Positions 1 to 11,270 are shown, counted from the stretch's first letter. The stretch: 64,000 nt of DNA from Planctomycetota bacterium (GCA_029259715.1 JAJDEP010000014.1:259551-323550), one strand, 5' to 3'. A program made the numbers and translations. The notes: a model not told the origin generated them from the letters alone.

Positions 1-864
1 CGGATCGTCCTGGGTGAGGTTGTCCCGGCGCGGCCACATCAGGTGCATCAGCCGCGCACCACCGGACGCCGCGATCGCCTCGGCCTGCTCGAGCCAGTGG
101 GCGTAGCGGGGCACCGGCAGCCGACGCACATCGCCTCGTTCGCGGGGCGGGCCCTCCCCGTCGTCGCGGCCGTCCTGCAATCGACTTGCCAGCCATTGGA
201 CGAAGCGGCTGTGCCGCAGCAGCTCGTCGAGCCCACCGGCGGGCTCGAGTCGCCCACGGTGCTCCTCATCGGTCCGCCCGTCCCACGAGCGCCCCTCGTT
301 GAAGCCCGTCGCGAAGACCACCACATCCGGTTCGAGCGCCATGCCGTCCCGTTCGAGCCAGCGCGCGGCCTGGTACGCGGTGTAGCCGGGGACGCCGGCG
401 TTGATGACCTCGACCCGCGGCCCGAGCAGCCGCTGCAACACCTGCGGATAGGCGTCGCGGCGGCGCACGCCGGAGCCGTAGGTGCACGAATCCCCGACGC
501 ACAGCACGCGCACGATGCCCTTACGCTTGGACGTGACGATCTCGTCGTCCCGCAGGCCGAGCGCGTTGGTGGCTGTGTCGACCCACAACGCGCTCTCCTG
601 AGCGGGATCGAGGGCGGGCGACGACGGTTCGAGGGCCCAGAACAGGTCCGCGTCGAAGCGCAGCAGCGCGTCGGCCGCCTCCGGCGCCAGGTCCACGCGG
701 ATGAAATCGCGGAATTGATCGCCGCGGCCGCCGGCGGCCGGCAATTCTCCCGGGGCCAGCAGCATCCGTGCGGTGAGCTCGAGCACCGCGGCCACGATCA
801 GCAGCGGAAGCATTGCCGCCAGCGTCTTGCGCAGGAGGGGAGACGCCATGTCGGTGCCGATCAT
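1..864 (-). CDS. SGNH/GDSL-family hydrolase with N-terminal signal/TM segment; 3' end lies beyond window start
   Basis: Minus-strand frame reads MIGTDMASPLLRKTLAAMLPLLIVAAVLE...VLCVGDSCTYG (block I GDSx), NAGVPGYTA (block II), ATGFNEG (block III). It runs off the window edge with no stop, so it is absent from the ORF track. The overlapping + ORF 43..1398 is R/G/A/P-rich antisense. An alternative start is at 850. Confidence 0.7.
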   Translation of the reverse strand, partial: MIGTDMASPLLRKTLAAMLPLLIVAAVLELTARMLLAPGELPAAGGRGDQFRDFIRVDLAPEAADALLRFDADLFWALEPSSPALDPAQESALWVDTATNALGLRDDEIVTSKRKGIVRVLCVGDSCTYGSGVRRRDAYPQVLQRLLGPRVEVINAGVPGYTAYQAARWLERDGMALEPDVVVFATGFNEGRSWDGRTDEEHRGRLEPAGGLDELLRHSRFVQWLASRLQDGRDDGEGPPRERGDVRRLPVPRYAHWLEQAEAIAASGGARLMHLMWPRRDNLTQDDP

Positions 865-1036
865 GCCGCCGCCCGACACCTCACCTCAAGCCCGCGAGGC
901 GGCCCGTCTTCACGCCGGGCTCCGATTCGGGGGGCGGCCATGTCACGCTGGCGGCCCGACCCACCCCCGGATCTCCCGATCAAGGCCGGCCCGTCCCGCG
1001 TCCGATGGGAATCCAACCCGAGGCCCCCACCCCCCA

Positions 1037-2185
1037 ATGCCACGCCGCCGCTACGACCTGAAGCACGCCGAGCTCGATGGGCAGATCGACGCCCTCGTCG
1101 CCCACGCCCAGGAGGTCTTCGGGCCGTCCCCGGCCGCCGACCAGGTGCGACAGATCGTCGTCACCGCCTTGCAGCTCGTGCGCGACGGCGCCAGCCCGGG
1201 CGACATCAAGCTGCTGACCAACGCGCTCAAGGAGATGCGTCACGCGGCCCGGGTGTTCGCCCCCTACGAACACATCCGCAAGGTGGCCGTCTTCGGCAGC
1301 GCCCGCACCGAGCCCGGCACGCCCGACTGGGAGGCCGCGCGGGAATTCGCCGAGCAGATCGTGCGAGCGGGCTGGATGGTCATCACCGGGGCCGGTGACG
1401 GCATCATGGGCGCGGCCCAGGGCGGCGCCGGACGCGAGCGCAGCTTCGGCGTGAACATCCGGCTGCCGTTCGAGCAGTCCGCCAACGCCACCATCAAGGG
1501 CGACGCCAAGCTGATCAACTTTCGCTACTTCTTCACGCGCAAGGTCAGCTTCGTCAAGGAGTCGCACGCGGTGGTGCTGTTCCCCGGCGGCTACGGCACC
1601 CACGACGAGGGCCTCGAGACCCTCACCCTCGTGCAGACCGGCAAGAGCGAGATCGTGCCCATCGTCTTCGTCGACGCACCCGGCGGCAGCTATTGGCGTG
1701 ACTGGGACACCTACATCCGCACCCACCTCGGCGACCGCGGCCTGATCAGCCTCAACGACCTCAACCTCTACACGGTCACCGACGACATCGAAGTCGCCAT
1801 CGCCGAGCTGACCGACTTCTACCGCAACTATCACTCCAGCCGGTACGTGCGCGACCGCTTGGTGCTGCGCGTGCACATCCCGCCGGACGCCGAGACCCTC
1901 GAACGCCTCAACGTCGAGTTCGCCGACATCCTCACCGGCGGCCGCATCGAGTGCGGGCCCGCCCTGCCCGAGGAATCGTCCAACCCTGACCTTGTGCGCG
2001 TGCTGCTCAATTTCAACCGGCGCGACCACGGGCGCCTGCGTCTGCTCATCGCGCGCCTCAACGCCCTCGCGCCGAGCGTGCCGGTCCACCCCGACGACGC
2101 CGCGCCCCACGAGATCCGGCCGGTGACCCTGTCCCCGGAGGCCGAGGAGGCGGAACGGGACGACGACCCCGCGCCGGGCTCCTAG
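1037..2185 (+). CDS. LOG-family (TIGR00730, cytokinin riboside 5'-monophosphate phosphoribohydrolase / PpnN-like) protein
   Basis: Motifs AVFGSAR, ITGAGDGIMGAAQGG and LFPGGYGTHDEGLE. Start chosen at the internal ATG (MPRRRYDLKH) so it does not overlap the divergent GDSL gene. High GC3 in frame. Confidence 0.75.
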   Translation: MPRRRYDLKHAELDGQIDALVAHAQEVFGPSPAADQVRQIVVTALQLVRDGASPGDIKLLTNALKEMRHAARVFAPYEHIRKVAVFGSARTEPGTPDWEAAREFAEQIVRAGWMVITGAGDGIMGAAQGGAGRERSFGVNIRLPFEQSANATIKGDAKLINFRYFFTRKVSFVKESHAVVLFPGGYGTHDEGLETLTLVQTGKSEIVPIVFVDAPGGSYWRDWDTYIRTHLGDRGLISLNDLNLYTVTDDIEVAIAELTDFYRNYHSSRYVRDRLVLRVHIPPDAETLERLNVEFADILTGGRIECGPALPEESSNPDLVRVLLNFNRRDHGRLRLLIARLNALAPSVPVHPDDAAPHEIRPVTLSPEAEEAERDDDPAPGS

Positions 2186-3060
2186 TCGTCGGGATCCCTG
2201 CGGTCGAAGGCACCGGCGCGCAGGAAGTGCACCACCTGCCCGATGACCGCATGGCGCCGCATGATGAAGGTGTGGCTGTGGGGCATGACGAGGAAGTCGC
2301 GCATGCCGTCGACCTTGGCGCTCTCCACCGAGACCTTGCCGTCGTCGGGTCCGGGGATCAGTGACGAGTAGAGCGGGTTGAGACTGGTGTCACCGGTGAT
2401 GACGCCCACCTCGAAGTCCACCGGGCCGAGCTGTGCGGCCACGCCGTCGGGTCCGGTGCCCAGAGACGCTCCAGCCTCGCCGGTGGCCCAACGGAACACC
2501 GCCCACTCGCCCAACTCGTCGACCAGTTCGCTGCCCTGGTTCGGCGGCGCGAGCATCACCACCCGGCCGAGCCCCGGCGGCGCGCCCGCATCAAAGGCCG
2601 CCCGCACCAGCAGGCCGCCCATGGAGTGGGTCACGATGTGGATCGGGCCGGCTTCCCGGGCAAGGTGGGCCTCGATGCGCGCGCGCACCCGCGCGGCCAG
2701 GGCCTCGAACGTCGCGTCGGTGGACGGGTAGTCGACGTTCTCCACGCGGAAGCCGGCGGCGTGCAGTCCCTCGGCCAGCGGCGCCATGGAATGACTCGAC
2801 CGTCCCAGACCGTGCAGCAGCATGACGAGCGGCGGTTCCGACCCGACCGGAAGGGGGCTTGCAACGGGCCCGGCGACGGGTCCTGAAGGAATGGCGGGCG
2901 CGGCGACGTGCGCCGGCAGCGGATCGGCGGGAGCAGTGATGTGCGCCGGCAGCGGATCGTCGATGGAGACCGGCGCCAGCTCGGGCGTTGCCGAGCAGGC
3001 CGCCGGCAGCACGGCCACATAGGCCGCGATCAGGACGGGTGCGAACAGGCGGGCGGTCAT
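2182..3060 (-). CDS. alpha/beta-hydrolase fold lipoprotein (lipase/esterase-like)
   Basis: Lipoprotein signal MTARLFAPVLIAAYVAVLPAAC. HGLGRS...THSMGGL nucleophile-elbow motif. GGAG RBS upstream of the ATG at 3060. The upstream part of ORF 2182..3405 is discarded. Confidence 0.7.
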   Translation of the reverse strand: MTARLFAPVLIAAYVAVLPAACSATPELAPVSIDDPLPAHITAPADPLPAHVAAPAIPSGPVAGPVASPLPVGSEPPLVMLLHGLGRSSHSMAPLAEGLHAAGFRVENVDYPSTDATFEALAARVRARIEAHLAREAGPIHIVTHSMGGLLVRAAFDAGAPPGLGRVVMLAPPNQGSELVDELGEWAVFRWATGEAGASLGTGPDGVAAQLGPVDFEVGVITGDTSLNPLYSSLIPGPDDGKVSVESAKVDGMRDFLVMPHSHTFIMRRHAVIGQVVHFLRAGAFDRRDPDD

Positions 3061-3116
3061 GAGCGGTCTCCGTCCGGTGCGGACACCGCCTTGTTGGGAT
3101 TCCCGCCCAGCTCGTG

Positions 3117-4970
3117 TCAGCGGTCGACCTTCATGGAGACGTGGAAGCGCTTGGGATCCTCGAGGATCCATTCCTGGCCCATGATCGTCTCGGCCGTGAG
3201 CAGGTCGGACACGCGCCGCTTCTCGGCCTTGCTCAGCGTCGCCGACTTGCCTCGGGTCAAGGCCCCGGGTCCGGCCTCGAACAGGGCCCGGGCCACGGCG
3301 TACCCCACGCGGCCCGCGTTCGACACGCCGTCCGAGGCGAGGCGGTGGAGCTGGTCCATCCACTGGCTGATGCGCGGCACCGGCTGGTCGCTCACGTAGA
3401 GCCACAGGCCCTCGTAGGGCACCGCGTCCTCCACGCTCGCGATCTCTGTGCAGATCAACCGGGTCTCACCCGCCTCGACGCGCATGGCCCACGGATCGTC
3501 GGGCACCACGCCGTCGTTGTCGCTGCGTCGATCGGCGTCGAGCAGCTGCACCTGCATGGGCAGCATCCAGGTGGGCGGGCTCAGCTCACCGAACACCGAC
3601 ATGGCGTAGACGTACTTGGGACCGTCGGTCTCGATGATGGCGCCGATGCGGTCGGCGAAGCGCACGCTGGCGACGTCCGGGTAGTAGGACACCTCCTCGG
3701 GCGCGCCGCTCTCGATGCCGGCCCGCACGCGGAACCAACGCACGTCGAGCGGCTCCTCCTCGAAGATCCAGTTGCCCGCCGTGAGGCCGGCGCCCAGGGC
3801 CAGCACCGCGGCGGCGACGATGCGACGACGGCGCAGGGCGTAGCGCCCGGAGCGCAGCAGGCGCACGAAGGCGCCGCCCTGGCTGGCGATCGGCGGCTGC
3901 TCGCGGCTGATGAAGCGGCTCAGGTCCTCGCGCAGCTCGCCGGCACTGGCGTAGCGCCGACGCGGGTCGAGCTCGATGGCCTTGAGGCAGATGGCCTCGA
4001 GGTCCCGCGGGATGCCCGGGTCGAAGGAGCGGGGCATACGGAAGCGTCCCCGCTGGATGGACGACAGCACCGCCTGGGCGTCATCACCGGGATAGGCCCG
4101 TTGCAGCGTGAGGAACTCGTAGAGCAGCAGGCCGAGCTGGTAGATGTCGCTGCGCGGGTCGTTGCCCGTGCGACCGGCGGCCACCTGCTCGGGAGCCATG
4201 TAGGCCACCGTGCCCACCAGTCCCTTGTAGGCGGACGCCACGTCGTTGTCTTCCGAACCGGCCAGACCGAAGTCGAGCACCACCGGTGAACCGTCGCCGC
4301 GCAACATGACGTTGCGGGGCTTGATGTCGCGGTGGATCACGCCCTCGGCGTGGGCCTCTTCGATGGTCCGGCTCACCTCGCGCATGATGCGCGCCACGGC
4401 TTCGTACCAGCTGCCCTTGCCGGCCAGCGAGCGCCGGCCCTGGGGCGCGGGTTCGCCGATGGCGTCGATGAGCACCGCGGCATTGCGCGGCGCCCGTCCG
4501 CCTTCAGCCCGCACGGTCCGGCGCGCGTGGGACAGCACGTCCTCCGTGGTCGCGCCCTTGACCAGGTCCATGACGAAGAAGGTCATGTCCTCGTGCTCAC
4601 CGATCTCGTGGATGGCCACGATGTTGGGGTGCTGCAGGCGGGCCAGCAGCACGGCCTCGCGCTCCAGGCTGGCCTTCTTCTCGCTCGCCTTGCGACCGGG
4701 CAGATCCAGCACCTTCACGGCCACCGCGCGTTCGAGCTTCAGGTCGCGGCCCACGAAGACCGAACCCATGCCGCCGCGGCCCAACAAGCGGTCGACCTGG
4801 TAGCGGCCGAGCAGGATCGTGCCGGGCTCGATGGACGGGCCCGCGTCGGCGGCGACGCCGGTCCCCGAGGAGTCACCCTCAAGGCTGGGACCCGTGCTCG
4901 TGCGCCCATCCCGAATGGGGCTGCCCGCATCGGGCAGGGGTGTCGTGGCGAGGGGGTCGTGGTCTTTCAT
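3117..4970 (-). CDS. Ser/Thr protein kinase with TM segment and C-terminal extracytoplasmic domain of unknown function
   Basis: Kinase motifs GRGGMGSVF, VAVK, HRDIKPRNVML, DFGLA, APE. TM RRIVAAAVLALGAGLTAGNWIF follows the kinase domain. Start at the internal ATG (MKDHDPLATT). Confidence 0.8.
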   Translation of the reverse strand: MKDHDPLATTPLPDAGSPIRDGRTSTGPSLEGDSSGTGVAADAGPSIEPGTILLGRYQVDRLLGRGGMGSVFVGRDLKLERAVAVKVLDLPGRKASEKKASLEREAVLLARLQHPNIVAIHEIGEHEDMTFFVMDLVKGATTEDVLSHARRTVRAEGGRAPRNAAVLIDAIGEPAPQGRRSLAGKGSWYEAVARIMREVSRTIEEAHAEGVIHRDIKPRNVMLRGDGSPVVLDFGLAGSEDNDVASAYKGLVGTVAYMAPEQVAAGRTGNDPRSDIYQLGLLLYEFLTLQRAYPGDDAQAVLSSIQRGRFRMPRSFDPGIPRDLEAICLKAIELDPRRRYASAGELREDLSRFISREQPPIASQGGAFVRLLRSGRYALRRRRIVAAAVLALGAGLTAGNWIFEEEPLDVRWFRVRAGIESGAPEEVSYYPDVASVRFADRIGAIIETDGPKYVYAMSVFGELSPPTWMLPMQVQLLDADRRSDNDGVVPDDPWAMRVEAGETRLICTEIASVEDAVPYEGLWLYVSDQPVPRISQWMDQLHRLASDGVSNAGRVGYAVARALFEAGPGALTRGKSATLSKAEKRRVSDLLTAETIMGQEWILEDPKRFHVSMKVDR

Positions 4971-5132
4971 GGTCGAGCACGCTCGATCGTCAGGGGCACG
5001 GACAGGCATGCATTCTAGAGGGGCTCGCGGCCCCGATCCGAAGCCGTCCCGACGAGAAATGCCCCCGAGGGCCCTGGAACGACCGTTCGGGACGCCTGCA
5101 CCGCCCCCAGGCCCCAAACCACTCCGGGCGGG

Positions 5133-6461
5133 CTACTCCTCGCGCAGGGCGGTCACCGGGTCGAGGCGCGCCGCCCGGTTCGCCGCCGGGATGCCCGCCA
5201 CCGTCGCGGCCGTCACCAGCACCACGCCGGCCAGCAGCAGCTGATTCACGTTCGACGCCGGCACCAGGCGCGCGGCCTCGCTGAACTCCAGCGGCCCCAG
5301 GAACGCGATGGCCGTCGACCCGATGCCGGCCCCCACCAGGCCACCCAGCACGCACAACAACAGCGTCTCGGCCAGCACCTCGGCCCGCACCCGCGCCGAC
5401 GTCGCGCCCATGGCCTTGCGCAACCCGAGCTCGGACGTGCGTTCGGCCACGGCGATGCCCACCACATTGGCGGCCCCGAGACAACCGAGCACCAGCGTCA
5501 ACGCGGCGATGGTGAAGATGAGCACTTCGAGGCCCAGGCTCACCGCCTCCACCTTGTCGACGAAGTCGGTGTTCTCCTTCACGTCGAGGGCGTTCGGGTC
5601 ATTGCCGTCGAACGAGTAGATCGTGCCGAGGGCCGAGCGGATCTCGGCGATGGCGTCCTTGGCCAGGTCGGGCCGGCGCGGCGCGAAGGCCAGGTGGCTC
5701 ACGTAGCGACCGCCCGTATCGCCCATCTCCATGGCCGTCGGGTAGGGCACGAGCAGGGAATAGGCAAAGTCGGCGTTGCTCTCGAAGGTCCCGATGATCT
5801 CGAAGCGGCGCTGGCTGAAGTCGATGCGCTCGCCCACGGGATAACGCCCCTCGAACAAGCCGTCGGCCAGGGGCTTGCTGACCAGCGCCAGCTCCTCGGC
5901 CTGTTGCTCCTCCTCGGCGGTGAACCAGCGACCCTCGACGATGGTCAGGTCGGTGACGTCCTTGTAGGAGAAGCCGACGCCGGTGAGGCGCGCCCAGGGC
6001 CAGCTCTTGTCGGTGGTGAAGGCCGGCCCGCCGCGTCCCGGTCGATAGGCCGGCGAGATGGCGCCCACCGACGGGCTGGCCGCGCGGATCGTATCGATGT
6101 CGCTGTAGCGGATGCGCACCTGGCGACCGCTGCGCGACCCGCCGCTCCGGCCCCACGAGCGGCGTGGCTCGACGATGAACTCCTTGCTGCCCATCGACCG
6201 CAACACATCGGCGGTGGTGTCGGGCATGCCGGTCGAGTAGGCCAGCAGGATCTGCAGCACGGCGGCGCCGAAGGTCACGCTCAGGCCGGTGAGCGCCGAA
6301 CGCAATGGGTGAGAGGCGAGGCTCCCGAGGGCCTGACCCAGGATGGCCGGCAGTGCCGACAGCCCCCGCGGCTGCGGCGGACGCACGAGCAAACGGTCGA
6401 GCTGTCGGGACGGACCCGCGCCCCGGGTCGACTCGTCGTGGTCGGGCGTCGAGCGCGTCAC
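5133..6461 (-). CDS. ABC transporter permease, FtsX/MacB-like (second of pair)
   Basis: C-terminal FtsX 4-TM region with LGLRKAMGATSARV. GTG start is preceded by GGAGG and overlaps the upstream permease stop (GTGA). Confidence 0.8.
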   Translation of the reverse strand: MTRSTPDHDESTRGAGPSRQLDRLLVRPPQPRGLSALPAILGQALGSLASHPLRSALTGLSVTFGAAVLQILLAYSTGMPDTTADVLRSMGSKEFIVEPRRSWGRSGGSRSGRQVRIRYSDIDTIRAASPSVGAISPAYRPGRGGPAFTTDKSWPWARLTGVGFSYKDVTDLTIVEGRWFTAEEEQQAEELALVSKPLADGLFEGRYPVGERIDFSQRRFEIIGTFESNADFAYSLLVPYPTAMEMGDTGGRYVSHLAFAPRRPDLAKDAIAEIRSALGTIYSFDGNDPNALDVKENTDFVDKVEAVSLGLEVLIFTIAALTLVLGCLGAANVVGIAVAERTSELGLRKAMGATSARVRAEVLAETLLLCVLGGLVGAGIGSTAIAFLGPLEFSEAARLVPASNVNQLLLAGVVLVTAATVAGIPAANRAARLDPVTALREE

Positions 6462-7732
6462 AGTGATCCTCCGTGCAAGGCGCGCACGACGGACACCCGC
6501 GACGCCCGGGTCGCGGGCCAGGCGGCGGCCGCGAGGCTCACGGCCAGCAACAGCGCCAACGGCAGGGTGGCGGCCCCCAGTTCGGCCTGCGGCGCCGCGA
6601 AGCCCTCGGGCATCTCGACCACGCGCATGAGCCGGATGACCGTCATCCCGAGCCCGAACCCCAGGGCGCCCGAGAGCATGCAGACGAGCCCCGCCTCGAG
6701 GAACACCTGAGCGAAGATCCAGCGTCGCTTGCAACCGAGGGCACGCCGCAGGCCGAACTCGTACGTGCGCGCGGCCACCGACATGAGCACCACGTTGGCC
6801 ACGCCCACGGCGCCGAGCAGCAGGATCAGCACGCCCACCGCCGCCAGGAAGAATTGCAGGCCGCCGAACACCGCGTCGATCTGCTGTCCCCGCTCGATGG
6901 CGTCGAAGTAGGGGATCAGCGTGTTCGCGTTCTCGGGGTCGAAGCCGAGCCGGCGGCCGAGCACCTGACGCAGCTCGGCCAACGACTGCTCGCGCAGGTC
7001 CGGGTGCTTCGGTCGCATCACGAAGAACTGGAAGCCCCGCGGTGACATGCGCTCCCACGTCGTGAAGGGCAGGAAGATCACGTGGCGGTGGCTGGTGTAG
7101 ATCTCGTCGCTGGCCAGCTCCTCGTCCTTGATGGCGCCGATGACCTTGACCCGCCTCACCACCGAGTCCTCGCCTTCGCCCCGGGAGAAGATCAGGTTGA
7201 CCTCTTCCCCGAGGTAGTCCTCGTCGTGGAACAGCTCGTCGCGGGCGCGGTAGCCGAGCACGGCCACCGGCAATTCCTGCTCGATGTCGTTGCTGTCGAT
7301 CCAGCGGCTGCCCTCTTCAAGCGGCACGTGGACGATGTCGGCGTATTCCGGCTCGACCCCCACCGCCGAGATGCGCGTGATGTCACCCCCGCGGAAGGCC
7401 TGGATGAACCAGTTGTTGGCCTTGGGCGAGAGGGCCTCCACCGAGGGCGAACCCTTGCGCGCCGCCTCCATGTCCTCGCCCTCGAGCAGGACGAAGGCGC
7501 CGCTGCGGACGTCCCCCCTCGAAGACGTGGCGCGGTTGATGCGCAGCAGCATGAACGAGTCGCCGAGGGCATCGAGCTGCGCCCGTTGGGTGCCCTCGAA
7601 GCCACGCGCCACGGCCACCAGCACGAACACGGCGGCCACGCCCCAGACGATGCCGGCCGCCATGGGCGCTACCCGCCGCGCTTCCCTCACGATGGAGGAG
7701 AACGATTCGGCGAGGAGGCGCAGGGGGTTCAA
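6458..7732 (-). CDS. ABC transporter permease, FtsX/MacB-like (first of pair)
   Basis: N-terminal TM, a large periplasmic domain, and the FtsX C-terminal region (GLRRALGCKRRWIF). Confidence 0.8.
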   Translation of the reverse strand: MNPLRLLAESFSSIVREARRVAPMAAGIVWGVAAVFVLVAVARGFEGTQRAQLDALGDSFMLLRINRATSSRGDVRSGAFVLLEGEDMEAARKGSPSVEALSPKANNWFIQAFRGGDITRISAVGVEPEYADIVHVPLEEGSRWIDSNDIEQELPVAVLGYRARDELFHDEDYLGEEVNLIFSRGEGEDSVVRRVKVIGAIKDEELASDEIYTSHRHVIFLPFTTWERMSPRGFQFFVMRPKHPDLREQSLAELRQVLGRRLGFDPENANTLIPYFDAIERGQQIDAVFGGLQFFLAAVGVLILLLGAVGVANVVLMSVAARTYEFGLRRALGCKRRWIFAQVFLEAGLVCMLSGALGFGLGMTVIRLMRVVEMPEGFAAPQAELGAATLPLALLLAVSLAAAAWPATRASRVSVVRALHGGSL

Positions 7733-7746
7733 GGGCGGCCGCCGGC

Positions 7747-9035
7747 CTAGCGCCGGAACCCTCCGCCGGGCGTCGCCTGCAACATCAACCGGTCACCCTC
7801 TTCGAGACCGGAGACGATCTCGGTGGTCAAGCCGTCGCTGAGACCGATCTCCACTTCGACCACCACGACCGTGGCTTCGGCGCCCGAGCCCACGACCTTG
7901 CTCACGGTCCAGCGCCCGCCCGGCTCACGGCGTAGCGTGCGGTGCGGGACGGCGAGCACGTCCGTCCGGCGGCCGAGCACCAGCCGGGCGTCGGCCGTCA
8001 TGTCGGGCTTGAGCAGCCCCTCGGGGTCTTCGACGGTGACGCGCACCTCGAAGGTGACGATGCCGTTGCCGTCCACCGAGCCGGCCGGGGCGATGCGGTC
8101 GACGCGCCCCTCGAGGGTCTTGCCCCGGTGGGCGTCGACGGTCACGAGGGCCGGCATGTCGACGCGGATGCGGCCGAGGTCGACCTCGTCCACCCGGGCC
8201 TCGATGAACATCTCGGACAGGTCGCCCAGGGTCATGATCTCGGTGGCGTTGCCGCCCGCGGTGAGGATCGACGAGACGCCGTCCCCCACTTCCTTGCTGC
8301 GCACGAGCACGATCCCGTCGATGGGACACCGGATGGTCGCCTCGCGCAGCGTCGTCTGACTGCGATCGAGGGCGGCCTGCGCCGAGGCCAGGTTGGCCTG
8401 GGCCTCCTTCACGGAGGCTTCCAGGGTGGGCACTGACGCCCTCACCTGGTCGATGCGGAACGTGACCATGCGCACGGCGAGCTCGGCATCGTCCCGCGCG
8501 ACGCGACTCACGTCGCCGGTCTCGAACAGCTCTTCGTGGCGCGCGAGCTCGCGCTGCTTGAAGGCCAGCTCGGGGTCCTCGATCTTCGCGACCGCTTCGA
8601 CCAGCCGGGCCTGCGCCGCCGCGACCCGGGCCTCCGCCGACGCGAGGTCGGCCTGGTCCTGGGCCAGGTTCGCCTCGAGCTGCTCGCGATCGAGCTCGGC
8701 CAGCACCTGGCCCTGCCGTACCGCGTCGCCCTCCTCGACCAGCAGCTCCTTGAGGATGCCGCTGGCGCGGCTCATCACCGCCACCCGCGCGAGGGGTTCC
8801 ACGCGACCGCTGGCGGTGACGGCGTCGATGATCTCGGTGCGCTCGACCTGCACGACCTTGTCGATGTCGACGGCGACGGCCTCCTCCTCGCCGGTGGCCC
8901 ACCACACGCCGGCCACGCCCGCCAGGATCACGACGGCGCCGACCATGACCGAGGCCGACGTGCCCCCGAGAAGACGGCGGGCGTCGCGCGCTGCCGTGCG
9001 GGCCGATCGGTGCGGCGCCTGGGAAATCTTGACCA

Positions 9036-9036
<1 letters not shown>
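7747..9036 (-). CDS. efflux transporter periplasmic adaptor subunit (MacA/HlyD-family membrane fusion protein)
   Basis: N-terminal TM, a biotin-lipoyl-like region, a long coiled-coil (LEANLAQDQADLASAEARVAAAQARL) and a C-terminal beta-barrel. The ATG overlaps the ATPase stop by 1 nt (TGATG). Confidence 0.8.
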
Positions 9037-9806
<770 letters not shown>

Positions 9807-9877
9807 GGAAAGCCTGCGGGTTGGTGGGCACGGGGGGCCACGAGGGCTTCGTCGATAGCCCGTGCGAACCAGACATT

Positions 9878-10915
9878 CTACCGGGGGACGGCCACCCCGC
9901 GCGCCTGTCCCGAATCGAGCGCCGAACCCCGCCCTGCCGACGCCGTCCACACCCCGGCCCCGGGGTGAAAAGCGTGCCAGGCGAACCAGTAGGCCGTGAC
10001 GCCCGGGAGGCGCTCCCCGTCGGCGGTGGTCACCTCGGCGCTGTGAGCCTCGACGTCGTAGATGATCACTACCGAGCGGCCGCCGAGGTCGTCGGGCAGC
10101 GCCAGCCGCTCCACGTCCAGGGACGCAGCCTCCCGCTCGAGCTCGTCGAGGGGCCAGGCCTTGGCCACCGACCCGATCACCAACCCCAAGACCTTCGACT
10201 TGGGCGGCCGCGAGGCGTCGTCGTGGGACACCGGATACCACAGCGCCTCGCTCTCTGCGTAACCCGGATAGAGCGGTCTTGAATAAGCCAGACCGGTGTT
10301 CGTCGGCGCCGACAGGAGAATGGTCTCGGGGTGGCGTGTGCGCCAGTCGGCCCAACTCGTCTCCACCAGCGGCAGGCGCGTCAGCGTGGCGCCGTTGAGC
10401 GGACCGGTCACCGCTTGGGCCTGCAGTTGCGACCAGAGCGACTCGGTGCCGCGGTCGAACATGAGCAGGTCGGAGTTGTGCAGCAGCCCCGAGACGCCGA
10501 AGACCAGGCGCCGGCCGTCGTACTCGGCCACGAAGGCCAGGCCCGAGGCGCACAGCGGACAATACGTGACGGCCACCGGCCGGCCGTCGAAGCGATCGTT
10601 CACAATCTCGTGATAGGTGAGCACGTCGATGCCATAGGCCTTGGCCACGCCCCCATGGACGAGGCCCAGCACACGCGCCGAGCCGCGCAGGTCGGCCTCC
10701 TCCGCGCTCACGAACGTCGGCGCGTCGAGGGCCTTGATCCCGTCGCGGCGCGTACCGACGAGGATCGTGCTCGGGGGCACCGCCGCCCCCGTGAGATCGA
10801 AGCCGTTGACCAGGGCCGGTTCGTCGTCCGGACCGCAGGCGGACGTCAGCACGAGCAGGCCGCCGAGGATGAGCGTCCCGATCATCGCGGGGATCCAGCG
10901 GCTTTCGGTCTCCAT
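9878..10915 (-). CDS. DUF3179-like lipoprotein (conserved hypothetical)
   Basis: Start METESRW. Lipobox LVLTSAC. Conserved blocks VAVTYCPLC, GLLHNSDLLMFDRGTESLW. The upstream 200 codons of the ORF are Arg/Gly-rich junk. Confidence 0.6.
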   Translation of the reverse strand: METESRWIPAMIGTLILGGLLVLTSACGPDDEPALVNGFDLTGAAVPPSTILVGTRRDGIKALDAPTFVSAEEADLRGSARVLGLVHGGVAKAYGIDVLTYHEIVNDRFDGRPVAVTYCPLCASGLAFVAEYDGRRLVFGVSGLLHNSDLLMFDRGTESLWSQLQAQAVTGPLNGATLTRLPLVETSWADWRTRHPETILLSAPTNTGLAYSRPLYPGYAESEALWYPVSHDDASRPPKSKVLGLVIGSVAKAWPLDELEREAASLDVERLALPDDLGGRSVVIIYDVEAHSAEVTTADGERLPGVTAYWFAWHAFHPGAGVWTASAGRGSALDSGQARGVAVPR

Positions 10916-10953
10916 GCGCTCACCATGCCCCGACACTTGCCGGGCGGCCCCGC

Positions 10954-11190
10954 CTATTGCTCCGAGGGCCCCCCACGTCCGCCGTCGCCGCCGCGCCGCT
11001 GGTATGCGCGCCACCCGACCCCGATGCAGACGGCCCCGATCGCCATGCAGCCCAGCCCGATCCACGCATCGGCGAAGAAGACCATGCCGATCCCGCCCAG
11101 CACGATGGTGCCGCCGATGTGCTCCCAGGGCGATCGGGCGTTGAGGTCGCCGGCCATCCAGTCCTCCCGCCCGCATTGTGGCTCGGGCAC
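10954..11190 (-). CDS. small two-TM membrane protein (hypothetical)
   Basis: High GC3 in frame. Two hydrophobic helices (IGGTIVLGGIGMVFFADAWIGLGCMAIGAVCIGVGW). Lies 38 nt upstream of the DUF3179 gene on the same strand. The start could be the internal Met at 11157. Confidence 0.4.
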   Translation of the reverse strand: MPEPQCGREDWMAGDLNARSPWEHIGGTIVLGGIGMVFFADAWIGLGCMAIGAVCIGVGWRAYQRRGGDGGRGGPSEQ

Positions 11191-11270
11191 GGTGCGATTC
11201 CCAGGCGGGACGCCGAGCCGGGGTGACCCTAGAATGCCCGCATGACCCGACCGCCCGGGACCGACCGACG

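Noticed and set aside
600-660. tRNA T-loop-like GGTTCGAGGGCC
   Set aside because: It lies inside the GDSL hydrolase coding frame and has no flanking acceptor or anticodon-arm complementarity.
43-1398. 451-aa + strand ORF overlapping the window start
   Set aside because: Arg/Gly/Ala/Pro-rich with no domain resemblance. The opposite strand in the same register encodes a clear SGNH/GDSL hydrolase. Typical antisense stop-free frame of a 70% GC genome.
980-2110. 376-aa minus-strand ORF antisense to the LOG-family gene
   Set aside because: Low-complexity composition. The LOG gene on the + strand has conserved motifs.
3114-4803. Long + strand ORFs (391, 185, 228 aa) inside the Ser/Thr kinase locus
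   Set aside because: Antisense to a kinase with all catalytic motifs. No domain signatures.
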